The position numbers were made by a program, and so were the translations under genes. 64,000 nt of DNA from Oculina patagonica (taxonomy: Eukaryota). The stretch is from contig NC_135761.1 of NCBI RefSeq assembly GCF_052425735.1, positions 39,990,001-40,054,000 of the forward strand, written 5' to 3'. This document shows, piece after piece, positions 12,755 through 24,257 of this stretch. The first letter of the stretch is position 1. The number at the start of each line of letters is the position of its first letter. Below the pieces are notes generated by a model. It was not told the origin of the DNA and made no database searches. It saw nothing but the letters and a program-made list of their open reading frames with translations.

Positions 12755-15700
12755 CCATAAGTAGCAACGATACTTTGGCGAAATCGTCACACAACCTCAT
12801 AAATCCTTGCGGGTAGACTGGGTATTAGAAAGGCCTGCCGAAATGAAGTGTTTGAAGGGGGGAGGGGGCGGTTGGGAAGCGGGGATGGCCTGCGGGCAGT
12901 GGCGGTGCTGATGTGTCACTTGTTTAAGTACAATTCTGATCTATATAATAATTTACAACAATTTTTCAAATTTTATAGTTTGTTGTTTATGAATTATCTT
13001 AACAATTTTTCATTGGCGACCTTTATTTCCTGTCTTCGATATGCTTGGCCTGCATCATAGCCAGTTTCCGAATAAAACTTTTAAAAATTGCTGATGAACG
13101 TAACACAATAGGCCTGGTTTTAAACTGCCCCATCTGGAAAAAAGGAATAGACTTTCCTTGCCATCAAATTATTCTTTTCTGTTTCTGATAGAGTGGTAAT
13201 TCAATAACCTGCAAACAGACAGGCTTATTTACTTTGTCGTGGGAATATGAGATGTTTCGCTTAGCTTCATAGAAGGAAAAACAAACAAAGGACCAGTGTT
13301 AACATATTGGAAAAGTACAAATGGATCAGCTAAGAACTGTTCCTGTTAGTTTGAAGAATAAATTTAAGTATTGGCATGGGGGTTAGAAGTCGCTTTGTAG
13401 CCTGACGTTCGTCTGAAGACGTACCTACATGTTATCAGGAAATTAAAACCAATTCGGAATTGACAACATTCACAAAATTAACAAAAAGCAGCCGCTACAA
13501 TGCAAGGTTAATAGGTACTTTGGGGAAGAGCTTCTGCGCAACTTCGAAATGGCCAATAATCAAGTCACTAAAAATAAAAAAAGCAGTTATAAATATTATC
13601 AAAATCGCATTTTACTAAAATTGACGTTTTGGGAAACGTCAAAATTAGTAAATAATTGTGCGATTTTTTATAACGTTTGTCACAGCTGTTTGTTTTATAT
13701 TTTTAACCAAGTTACGATGGCCTTAAACCAGGGGCCTTTTTGAAAATGACTACTTACGTTCATTTCAGTTAAACGTACTGAAGTTTATTGCGTGCGTTAC
13801 GCATAGTTTGTTGACATGTTTTTTTTTCACCAATTAGTGTCAAGGTTGGCCACAAGTTTTATCTCTGATTCTTGGGGAGGGGATACATTTACCCTTCTTT
13901 CAAATGTGGGGAGGTTCTGTCCCGAAGTCAAAAATCTTTTTTCTGTCATAAACCATTTTCAACAGGAAGAGTAATGCTACCGTATACCTTCGATAAAATC
14001 AATACCCTTTTTACAAACCTATAAAAGGAACAATGCATTTTTTGTCGTTTCTCAACTACATAGCCCCTTAAAACATCTTTAACAGATGAAACTACCTTTT
14101 GGTTAGTATGTTCCAGATATTTTGTATACTCATTACCTCATCGCATAAGATTAAATTATGGGAAGAGTTCGCGACTGCTGAGGCAATAGGCATGCAACGA
14201 GGATAAAACGTGAAATTCTGTCAACCGCCACCATGGGAGGTGGGTGGGTCGCAAAAGCTGGCCGTCGTGCCAGAGTACCGTTAAAATGACCACGTTTCAA
14301 GCGAAATGAGGAGATTTATACTCTTAGACCGCAAAGCATCAACACTGCAACAAGCATGCGCCGAAATGAAGAAATTCGGACATATAATTAACTTCTGCTA
14401 TGAACTAATTAATTATGCAGTAAGAATAGTGGCAGTCTTTGCTGCGCGTTTGTATACTCCGACCCGGGAAATGCCTACTCTTTAGGTAACATAATTACAG
14501 CCTCATAAAGGTACCCCTTTCGGGTGGAGCCTTTCTGTATAATCCATTATACCGTGCACCTACGTAGGCAATCCTAGAGGTCCTTTGTTTTTTACACGTG
14601 GAGGCTCCGTTTTCTTGAGGTCCAAATCCTTACCCTTTTTATACAATTTTTGACAGAAAAAGTAACCATTTTAACCTGCGGTTTATAATAGAAAATGGTA
14701 CCCCTTTCAAATACCTACAGGAAGGATACTGCATTCCTTTTTTTCTTTTGTTGTTGTTGTTTTTGTTGACGTTTTATAATGATATACTTCTTCAATGATT
14801 TATGTAATCGACGGAGATATTTTTGAAGGTCCTTTTATAAACTACACTAAAAGTTCTCTCTGCACTTTTATAATTGTAATTCCAACAGAAACGTATGTCC
14901 CTCCTGGAGCCTCCGTGTATCGTTTTCTGTAAAGAGTACCCCCCCAAGCCCCTCCAGTTTCCCAAAGGTAAACCTTCCGGTCACGTGGGAAACGTAACCA
15001 ATTGAAGGATAAAAATTCTCCTGAGGAAAAGCTAACAAAGCCTGTTTGTAAGTTTTGTAAATTGAATGAAATGGAAAATATAAGAAACTCATTTTTTGCC
15101 AGGAACGAAATTTAAAGTTGCTCTATTTCATTTCTCTACGTAAAGCATATACCGTACAATTGCTTACGTGACGCTGAGAACAACAGCTATTGTCCAAAAA
15201 GTTTTCCCCAAGTACCTGCTAAAGTTACGTTGCAGCGGCTGCTTTTTGATAATTTTGTAAAGGTTGACATCCGAATTACCTTTCTGATTACTTTACATGT
15301 AGGTACGTCATCAGACGAAAGACCGACTTCAAAGCAGCTGTAATTACCTTTCTTACCCACAATACTTGAACTTATTCTCTAAACTTACAGGAAAAGTTCT
15401 TAGCTGATCCACTGGTACTTTTCCAATTTGTTAACAACGGTACTTTGATTGTTTTTCTTCTTTGAATCTATTAAAAGCTAGACGAAAGGTCTGATATTCC
15501 AACGACAAAATAGACAAGCCTCTCTGTTTGCAGGTAATTGAATTACCACTCTATCACGAAACAGAAAAGAATAATTTGATGGCAAGGAAAGTCTATTCCT
15601 TTTTTCCAGATGGGGCGGTTTAAAACCAGGCCTATTGTGTTACGTTCATCAGCAATTTTAAAGTTTATTCGGAAACTGGCTATGATGCATGGCCAAGTAT

Positions 15701-16420
15701 ATCAAAACAGGAAATAAAGGTCGCCAATGAAAAATTGTTAAGATAAACAACAAAATATAAAATTTGAAAAATTGTTGTAAATTATTATATAGATCAGAAT
15801 TGTACTTAAACAAGTGACACATCAGCACCGCCACTGCCCGCAGGCCATCCCCGCTTCCCAACCGCCCCCTCCCCCTCCCCCCTTCAAACACTTCATTTCG
15901 GCAGGCCTTTCTAATACCCAGTCTACCCGCAAGAATTTATGAAGTTGTGTGTCGATTTCGCCAAAGTATCGTTGCTACTTATGGCAGTATAACGGCTGAG
16001 CAAATGCCATCCACCTCTTAATGTGACTTAGTAACATTGATCGTAATTATCAGGCGAATTAACGGACCAAAACCAAGCTTCAAGGTGACGAAAATTAGTG
16101 CCAATGTCCAGAAGTGTTTATACAAACATACGAAGATCGACAATATTTTCCCTGTTGTTTACTGAATTCTGGACTCTTTCATGGGAGGTCTGAAAGCTTT
16201 TTATGGATCAGGAGCAAGTATTCATGGAGAAAAGGCAACATTCTGTTAATCAATGCGATAATATTGGTTTGGTTTGATGGCTACGCTGAAGGCTTCGTGT
16301 TCTATGGCTGTCACGCAATCTACGGAAAAATGTTACCTGGGCTCTCGCTTAAAAGGAATACAACTTGCAGCCAAATCATAAATACTTTGACAAGAAACCA
16401 TAGCTATTGGTTTATAAAAA

Positions 16421-16620
16421 AATAAAGAAATAAGAAACGAACTTGTGTGCATTGTTGTGTTATATAAGCACTTAGGAATTTTTAAGAACACTCGAGAAGT
16501 GAACAAAGAAGCATTCGGCTGCGCCTATAGCTTCTCTTTGCACTTCTCTTGTGTTTTTAAAAGGCCTGTATGCTTATTTAACTCAACAATGCACACGGGC
16601 TCATTTTATATTTCTTTATT
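16421..16620. repeat. Palindromic (hairpin) non-autonomous repeat
   Basis: AATAAAGAAATAAG...TGTGCATTGTT...GAGAAGTG is mirrored by CACTTCTC...AACAATGCACA...TATTTCTTTATT. Confidence 0.7.
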
Positions 16621-17241
16621 ATCATAAAAAATGCTGTTTGTTTGATGATAACTTGGGTACTGCAACAGTTACCTTAATGGCATTTTGAACTATGGTGTCA
16701 ATGTTGCTGGTGCTTTTCAATGATCTTTTCTTCTTGTGGTTTAGGATGCTTCTAGGGTGGGTACTAAACCCCAGAAGTGCACCTGATGTTAAGGCATCTG
16801 CACTGGCACCATGTAGGGACAGATGAACTCCACAGTCTTGTTACAAGGGGTTGTTTTTTGTTTTACAAAGAATAGCATAATTAATGTCTAAATTTAGTTT
16901 TGGACTGCTACTATAATTACATTTTGATAATAAGTACAGGAAGTGAAAATAGCATTTACCTTGGGCAAGCAACTATCAAGTTTTGCCTCCTTAGGATACA
17001 TGTACTTTACCCTTTTCCTAACTTATTTTAATTAGAACACTTACAGAACTTACAGGTTAAATGTTCAATCATTTCACACACTGTCAAAGCATATAAAGAA
17101 ACAGGAGCCATGCATTACACTGTCATAAAAACTCTTGGATATATTTGAGAACACTTCAGAAATCTAGGAAACACCCACCCAGTCAATTGCTATATTTTAT
17201 GACTCTATAATACCTGGCTTTTGCTTCTTTATTTAACAAAT

Positions 17242-18171
17242 AAAGAAGCCTAAGCCATGTTTTATACTGTCATAAAACACGACGGGCATTTGAGAACACG
17301 AGGGAAATGTAGAAAACATGAGCCGCAGGCGAATGTTTTCTACATTTCTCGAGTGTTCTCAAATGCCCGGAGTGTTTTATGACAGTATAAAACATGGCTT
17401 AGGCTTCTTTCTTTGCTTTATGATATAGATTTTAGACACCGCGAGTGAAAAGTTTAATTAAAAATATGTACAACAAGAGCGAGTAAACAAAGATGAAAAG
17501 CAGAAAATAGTTTACGGGAAGACCAGAAAACTGACACAATTTCATTCAGTATTCGACGTAAAATAAGGCTAAGCATCATTTCAGGTAAGTTTGTTACCTT
17601 TTAATCTTGATCTTGTCTTTTTGAACTTCGATAAACTTCACCGACTGCACCGAGTGCAATTTCGTCTCAGCATAATATAGTAGTCTCGATGACATCCGTC
17701 CCTTGCTTCGTTCGACTTGAACAAGGCGTATAATTTCCAGAAAAGCTATTGCTTCGGATATTCCCGTAAACCTTAATTGTTGTCACAATCAAGTTCCAGC
17801 ATGAATAGACGATTTAAGAGGAGATTGTCGAAGAAAATCTTCGAAAGAAAACTCTCTCGCTCGCTTTCCTTGCGAGTTTCATTCAACTCAAGCAGTGGAC
17901 ACTGCGCCACAATTTTTCCCGCCTCACTTCGTTTACATCAAAATGAAATGTCCAGTGGATTTATACTTAAAAAGGAATTTAATAAAACAATTATTCCATT
18001 CGCCCTTGCTGGATACGAGTGGTTATAGCCAACGAACAGTCAACGACGCGCGAAGCACTCGAGGAAAGCTGACGAAAAACAATAAAACATGATTTTTCTA
18101 TGTTTTATACTCTGATAAAACATAGGTTTTTAGCCAATCAGAGCGCGCGTAGACTCCTATCTATATTATAA
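17242..18171 (-). mobile_element. Non-autonomous Crypton-type element with ~170-bp terminal hairpin
   Basis: Near-perfect palindrome 17242-17410; TTATGATATAGAT (17418) inverted to ATCTATATTATAA (18159-18171); third copy of the hairpin-arm palindrome at 18101-18122. Same layout as the YR-coding element at 33319-35308. Confidence 0.6.
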
Positions 18172-18825
18172 TATCAATTAAACTTTATTAATGTTTTATG
18201 TTCATACCTGATTTCTGAAGTAGGATAATTGGTGCAACAGTGCAACAACTCTCTGTTTTTGTGTATCTATTCTCTTGGAAGATATTTTACCCCTTTCATT
18301 ATTGCTGATAGTGGCCAGGAGCTCATCAAATAAGCCGGGGGCGTAGTTGTTGGAGAACTTTTCCATGATATCTGGTTTGTAAAGCCTTTGCCCACCACTC
18401 TGATAGTGTTTCGTTAAATTTGTATGGAAATCTAGGAATTTTTCATGCAAAGGTTTCTCTGAAAAATAAATAAAAGATAACTGTTTTTTTTTCTCATCAA
18501 GTGGAACCCTGTTAGAGACCCAGCATCATTCCTTGGCAAAGGCCATTTCCTGTTTGCTTAATGCGGAAGAGTCCACTGTGCTGCTGTTCAGACCACTGCA
18601 CTTTTCTTACTCATTTTATCTCATTACCATCTAAGATAGTGCAGATTAAGAAGTTTGCATTCATATTTCTTTGTAGCATTTATCTAAATTCTAGCTACAT
18701 TTTTTACCTTGGAAGTTTCTTTTAAGTAGGATGTGTTTTTTTTTAGTTTATTTTTCTTTTCCCTTTGATGTTTTTTGTCTTCCAACAAAATATTAAATAT
18801 CTGTTATTTAGAAATACTAGTACAG

Positions 18826-18996
18826 GTATCTCCGCTGCAGAGGCTGCATTATTGGTGGAAGGCGAAAAATGAAAAATAGGGGGAGTGCGGGGGTCCCTTT
18901 CGTTGCCATTCTCTCCAGGCTCCACTCGCTTACTTTTCACCTCTCCCCATTTCCCAGCTGCACTCAAAAAATAAGGGGCCTCTGCAGAGGAGATAG
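18826..18996. mobile_element. Short non-autonomous element with 9-bp TSD (AcademH-type MITE)
   Basis: TIR TATCTCC(G/T)CTGCAGAGGC; flanks CTAGTACAG (18817-18825) and CTAGTACAT (18997-19005). Confidence 0.6.
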
Positions 18997-20449
18997 CTAG
19001 TACATCATATACCTCTGTTTCTCTCTAAAAGAGTGTTATTCTAAGCTTTGACCTCGTCGATATGTTTTTTTTGCTGGGCATTTTTTTCTTCAAGCTCCTT
19101 GTTTTTCTGTTCAGTATCTGCAAATGGTTATTGCAATCCTTAATACTCGACACATTTGTCTTCTCTTAGGAAACTTTTTAGTAACATTAATAGCAATAAT
19201 AATAAAAAATTATAATTTGTATTTCCATTAGTAGTACCAGTCACTGGGTTTTCAATCATTCTTTTCAAGTGAAGTGTAAGGCTACATCTGAATTAAACAA
19301 CTGCAGTTTAAAATGGTGTTGCTATTTATTAAGCTTGAATATTTTTAATCTGGGTAACTGCTGAAACAACATCTTGAAAAAATTGCTTGGAAAACCATTT
19401 CATTGGGAAACCCATTTAAAAATAAAAAAGCCATTTGAATTCAACACACCTTTAATGCGGTCATTCAGGTTTGAATTTTCAATGCACAACTGGTTTGCTT
19501 TTTCCTCTTCAGTCTTGCATTTGATATATAAGTTTACATTTTCACGCTCCAGACTCTTGATGTGTTTTTGCAGTTCACTCCAGGTAGAGGGATCCTTTGG
19601 TGAACCCTTCACTGTTTGGGTGTCTTCGCTTTCACTTTTTGAACGTCAACGCTATTACAAAAAAATATTTTCTCGACTTTTGCCCTCTTGTAGAAAAAAG
19701 AACAAAATTTAAATGAATTTTACACAAAAGCGGACTCACCTTTCTGGGAGAAATATAGTTTATGTTTCCAGTTATGCGAGTGTCGTTGTCATTCTGAGTT
19801 AAATGTGTTTGACAAATATTTCGGCCTGACAATTTACCCGGACCAGCTAAATCCTCAAACACTGAAACAAAACGCTGTGGGCAAGTGGTGAATCTTCCAG
19901 AGCACTTGTCGTCGGGGGAACATATCGGAAAACAGCAAACATTTCGATTTTTCTGCCTCAGCTCTTCATGATGTCGTACACGGAGGTACACACTTTCTTG
20001 AAACCCGTAGTTTTAAGATTCTGTTTTAGCCACACAGGAAATTTTCCCCCAACAATAAATATTTTCGGGCCTTGTTATGAGATTTTCTTTGCTCCTCAAA
20101 GCTCTAGGAGCCTTCGCGCAGAACATATTTTAAGCCATGTAAACACAAAAATCTTGCGTTTGTGTTGCAGTTTAGCCGAAAACCGGCTAAATTGATATCG
20201 ACATTAGCGGCTACACGGCAAAAAGGCGGGAAAATCGTGAGGGAAGCCGGCACAAAATGGCCGTGTCGACGAATACAAGAACAACGACAAGAAATAACTT
20301 GAACTCACAAATGTTTATTCATACAAATTAATTCTAAATACAGAACACTGAGTACACTAGTTAAGAAAGCGCTTTTAGGAAACGAGCTATTTACAACAAT
20401 GAGAAAATCGATAACACAAACAACAGCCATCACGATAAACAAGATGAAC

Positions 20450-21583
20450 TGCTTACTGTTCGCTAAACTGCTCATCGAAAGGGAGTGAGGAGATGAAGAC
20501 AAGCGCCAATGCAGACTCCTTCGCCCATATTTGGATTTCCATCTTTCAAGGGCGTTTAAAAAAAGTCCTTGTAACGAAAAAAAAAGTCATATTTGATATG
20601 TTCTTTGACAATGTCCAAACTTTCGTCTATGGAGTTCCTGACCTTAACAATTCATGTAGGACCTTAACAAACGGGAAAAAACACGATCGATTGGGCTCCT
20701 GTTGTCATGTACAGCTGTCGCTTCAGTCCGATTGCCGTCAAAAATGGCCACCCGAAAGTCAAGTGATCGAACTTTGAAATGCAGTGAGAAGCCGCAGTCT
20801 CAAACTCATACGAGCGGCCGTAACTGGTCCCTAAATACATGGCAAAATGCTATTTGTCACCCTGCACCGTCCGACATTTTTAATTTGGAATTGGCGGGAT
20901 TTTGCACGCGCATGCTCAGCGGTTTTTCCGCCTTGTCTGTTTCACTCACCTTTCTGGTCTTTGTTCTGACCCAATTCTGTAAATGTGGAACTAGTCTGGG
21001 AGATGGATGATCCCGGAACAGTGTCTTTTTGTGAGTGGTGCCATTTTGTCCTTTCTCTATCCCGTGAGTCTGAGCGGGAACGGCGGCAACGTGACCGCTA
21101 TGCCCTCGAGGATGAACGGGACCTTTTCTTTTGTGATCGGGATTGTGACGTCTTGCGTGACCTTTTGCGACCTTTTTCCTGGTAATCGCGGCCTGAATCA
21201 CGGGAGGGTGAACCAGCATATTTGCTTTCTTCGCAAGCTTTTTTCAATCTTTTGTCCTTCTGTAGACGGGAGGAAGATTCTGACCCATGCTTTTGACTTG
21301 GTTTTGTTCGTTGTCTAAGCCTCTCTGTATCACTGTCGGAAGATGCCGTTCTGACACATGCCTGGACTTCTTTCGTTGTCTTCCCCTTTCTACATTATTG
21401 TCACTCTCGACGTCGCTAGTTGAACCCACAGAAGATAAGTTACTCTTGCTATGAGGATGCCTCGACACACTTGTCTTTCCACTGACTTTACCATGGTACA
21501 GACACGGACCGCTCAGAGTTCTCACTGTCGCTGCTGGAGCTAGAAGAGTCACTTGAGCCCGGGCTTGTGTTAGAACTCGACAT
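20450..21583 (-). pseudogene. Frameshifted Ser/Arg-rich protein gene remnant, unknown family
   Basis: MSSSNTSPGSSDSSSSSSDSE and RKRSRKTSQSRSQKKRSRSSSR lie in shifting frames with stops. Confidence 0.4.
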
Positions 21584-21932
21584 GACACTACATTTTATCT
21601 TTAGATCGTTTAAACTAACTCCCTGTCTATATGAACGTGGTGGCCAAAGTAAAACAAGCAACTCTCGCAATTGAACAGAAAACACTCTAGCTTCACATTG
21701 TCAGTTCTGCTTCACGTGCAAACTACTTGTAGTTCCTCCTGTCCTGTGGTTTTTCCAACAGCAAACCCTGATATAATTGGCCAATAGAAATATCTTTTAA
21801 TAACTTGAGACGCGAAATGTTTGCTTTCAATGCAAAGCGCTTTGTGATGAATAACAGTGTCTTATTCATTACAAAACAGCAGGAGTGTGAGAAGTCCGGA
21901 GAAGCTCAGAGAGCGTGAGAACTCGTGAGAGA

Positions 21933-22915
21933 ATGTCTCATCATATGCGCAGCAATTTTCTTAGTGGTTTGAAATTTTTTTTCGTCACCAAGAAACTTGG
22001 CAGAGTCCAACACAAAATTATCCTGGATAAAATTACGAGGTTTGGAGGAGCGGTTAGCGATTGTGTCAACGAAAGCACCACTCACGTACTATTTCCACGT
22101 GGTGTTGACTAACAAGAGTGGTTTGGACTCATTGAAATCAACTGCACTGCCAGATTCAGTCACCACTGTCGGGATTGATTGGTTGCCAGAGTGCAATGTG
22201 GCAAGAAAACTTGTCCCAAAAACTGAATTCGAGGTAAGTGTAGTTAAAACCATCAATAATGTTGTAGCTTCTGGTCTCGCGCCCGGGTCTAGCGCGAACT
22301 TGAAAATTCGCTTGGGAGACCCTCGGGATCAAAGCGGTAATTCGGGAAACGCGCGGAGACTGGCAACGAGCTTCATTGTAAGGAATGCTGGGTAAACAAA
22401 ATGGTAGCGTGTGGTCTTGTTTTAGGCAAGTTCTGAAAAAGGAACTAATTTTACATATGACATTGGTATAAACTTAACTGTGTTATCTCAATTTATTACA
22501 GGTTAGACACTGCCCAGTGCAAACTGAATTGCTGCCAAGTTTCGAAGAAAAGAGGGATTGTGAGCCAGCGAATTCAAAGGCAGCTGTACAATTGCAAAGG
22601 AGAAATATTATTAGATTCAATGTTAGCGGTACATCAAAGTTCCCGGCGGCAAAAGAGGCAGTTGGCTTGACGCAAAAAGAAGTATCCGTGAGGAGGACAT
22701 TAGCATACGGTACTAAGTATGGTATCGGAATATTTTGCATGTTCAATTCTGGAGAAGAACAGATTGGTTGGGTTCCAGAGAAACATGGAGAATTTCAGAA
22801 ACTAGAAAAACTGTGTGACAAAACAAACTTTCGGGCTGTGATCACAACAACAAATTGCACATTATTAGGAGATAAATTCTCTAAAGTAACAATTTCAATA
22901 ACTTGTGATTTTTGA
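21933..22915 (+). pseudogene. BRCT + HIRAN-like two-exon gene (21933-22233, 22502-22915) with frameshift near 22110
   Basis: BRCT pattern FLSGLKFFFV..LG....I..FGGAV....TTHV...DWLPEC..ARKLVP. Phase-0 GT-AG intron joins in frame to FNVSGTSKF...IGIF...EQIGWVP (HIRAN-like). Confidence 0.6.
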
Positions 22916-23045
22916 TTGATCTTTTTCTGATGTGCATATAGCTTGGACAAACCGATATTATTGTATAATTTGTGAAACACAAATTGACTAAGTTGTAGAG
23001 TTGCTCAGGAATGGAAATACTTTGCCTTAAGATTATTATAATATG

Positions 23046-23190
23046 CAGTCAAACCCCTATTAAGTGGCCACCCTTGGGGAAATGGCAAGTGGCTGCTTAA
23101 TAGGGGTTGGCCATTTAATATGAGTTTAATTTACAGTATTATACTGATGTTGGGACTTTGGTAGCTGGCCACTTGATAGGGGTTCAACTG
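23046..23190. mobile_element. Tc1/mariner-pogo-type MITE
   Basis: CAGTCAAACCCCTATTAAGTGGCCA...TGGCCACTTGATAGGGGTTCAACTG followed by TA. Confidence 0.65.
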
Positions 23191-23784
23191 TACTTACATA
23201 ATTTGTGTGTTTTAGATATATTTTATGTAGTGATTGTTTGTGTTACGTTATTCCACTATTAATATTGATTCATCCCTATCCTATTTGTTATTTGAAAATG
23301 TTTCATGAAGTATGTTCATTGATTGAGTTATAGTGCCCTGATGACTTTTATTTTGTGAGGTTTAGATTTGCAAATTGTTTGCTAAGTAGCTAGTTAAAAT
23401 TTCACTGGAAACATTTTTCTTTATGCATTAAAGCATGCAGATAATAATGTTACCATTTTGTTTCAACGCGTCCAATTTTCATGAATCTGTGAATTGCAAA
23501 ATCAACGAAAGTAAAACCTCGCAAAGACAAAGTATTAGGAAAGATCTCTTTTATAGTAAATCAATCCAGTTAGGCATTGGTAACCAGGATTGTTACTAAT
23601 ATCCTTAATAATAATCCTTATAAATTAATTTATTGTAAATCAGGCCTTCAAAATAAAATAGATACATAGATTGATATTGTTATTTTTGAGTACTTGTATA
23701 TCATAATAGTAACCAGAGGTATTCCTTATAAGGGTGGTGATGTTATTGGGAATACTTCCTATAATTTTCTGTTTAATTTCCTGT

Positions 23785-23915
23785 TAAATCGCCTAAAATC
23801 GCACTAAATAGCCTTAAATCCCTTTAAATAGCTAAAAATCGCCATAATTTTCTGACGAATTTTGCCTAAATCGCCTAAAATCGCCTTAAATCGCATTAAA
23901 CCGCCCATAAATACG
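23785..23915. repeat. Degenerate ~11-bp tandem repeat (AAATCGCCTT/AA)
   Basis: About ten imperfect units; probably a subterminal transposon array. Confidence 0.7.
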
Positions 23916-23921
23916 GCGATT

Positions 23922-24257
23922 TTATGGCCCAGAGTAAGCCTTCCTTTTGGTCTGCTCCATTTTCTGCGTTTCTTCGAAGCTGGGCCTCTTTAAAATTCTG
24001 CATGGAACATGCGATTTCGTCCAAGGAAAAATTGAAGGCAAGTGGGTTCTGCTTAATTTTTCCCCACCTTCGTAATGAGCAGAGCAAATACACGTACATT
24101 CCTTGTCTAATTTCAACGTTTCGTTTCTAATGAGGACTACGTACTGTTTCCGTATAGCAGGCTCTTTAGGAATTCTGTAGTAGTGAAGTTCAGGTGCATT
24201 TCTAAAACTGTTATTGCACAGAGGAACACAACAGTTGTAGTGAGACTGAGAGGCCAT
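23922..24257 (-). CDS. THAP (C2CH) zinc-finger ORF, probably transposon-derived and truncated
   Basis: MASQSHYNCCVPLCNN...YYRIPKEP..RKQY....R......CICSAHY.......LPSIFPW. Confidence 0.75.
   Translation of the reverse strand: MASQSHYNCCVPLCNNSFRNAPELHYYRIPKEPAIRKQYVVLIRNETLKLDKECTCICSAHYEGGEKLSRTHLPSIFPWTKSHVPCRILKRPSFEETQKMEQTKRKAYSGP

Larger units (their letters stand above)
3204..16418. repeat. Long inverted repeat (foldback-like element): left arm 3204-3646 + 12764-~13530, right arm ~15200-16418
   Basis: Direct reverse-complement match between the arms; the spurious ORFs 3168-3419/16114-16425 and 12848-13060/15658-15891 mirror each other. The left arm is split by the AcademH insertion. 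Confidence 0.9.
290..20000 (-). pseudogene. Old multi-exon Academ-like transposase pseudogene interrupted by nested insertions
   Basis: Collinear minus-strand exon remnants: ~19740-20000 (Cys-rich), ~19410-19640, 18207-18460 (QRVVALLHQLSYFRNQ), ~16660-16850 (GVHLSLHGASADALTSGALLGFS), ~2390-2571 (LIDEFQQSLHSKGDYRKAL; GD*PTW), 1260-1860 (GPFHICLNSQE, KVLAKKPRPY, RRRHYDKA, KVEVFHSILRR), ~745-990, ~290-510 (LPLGY..CD..C..LNCGYSFH..C). Contains stops and frameshifts. Confidence 0.65.

Noticed and set aside
3168-16425. Duplicated small genes (ORFs 3168-3419/16114-16425 and 12848-13060/15658-15891)
   Set aside because: Mirror-image ORFs of a non-coding inverted repeat, with frame-disrupting differences between the copies.
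20500-20640. Death-domain-like LERWKSKYG peptide
   Set aside because: Short match in a frame with stops; other frames are equally plausible.
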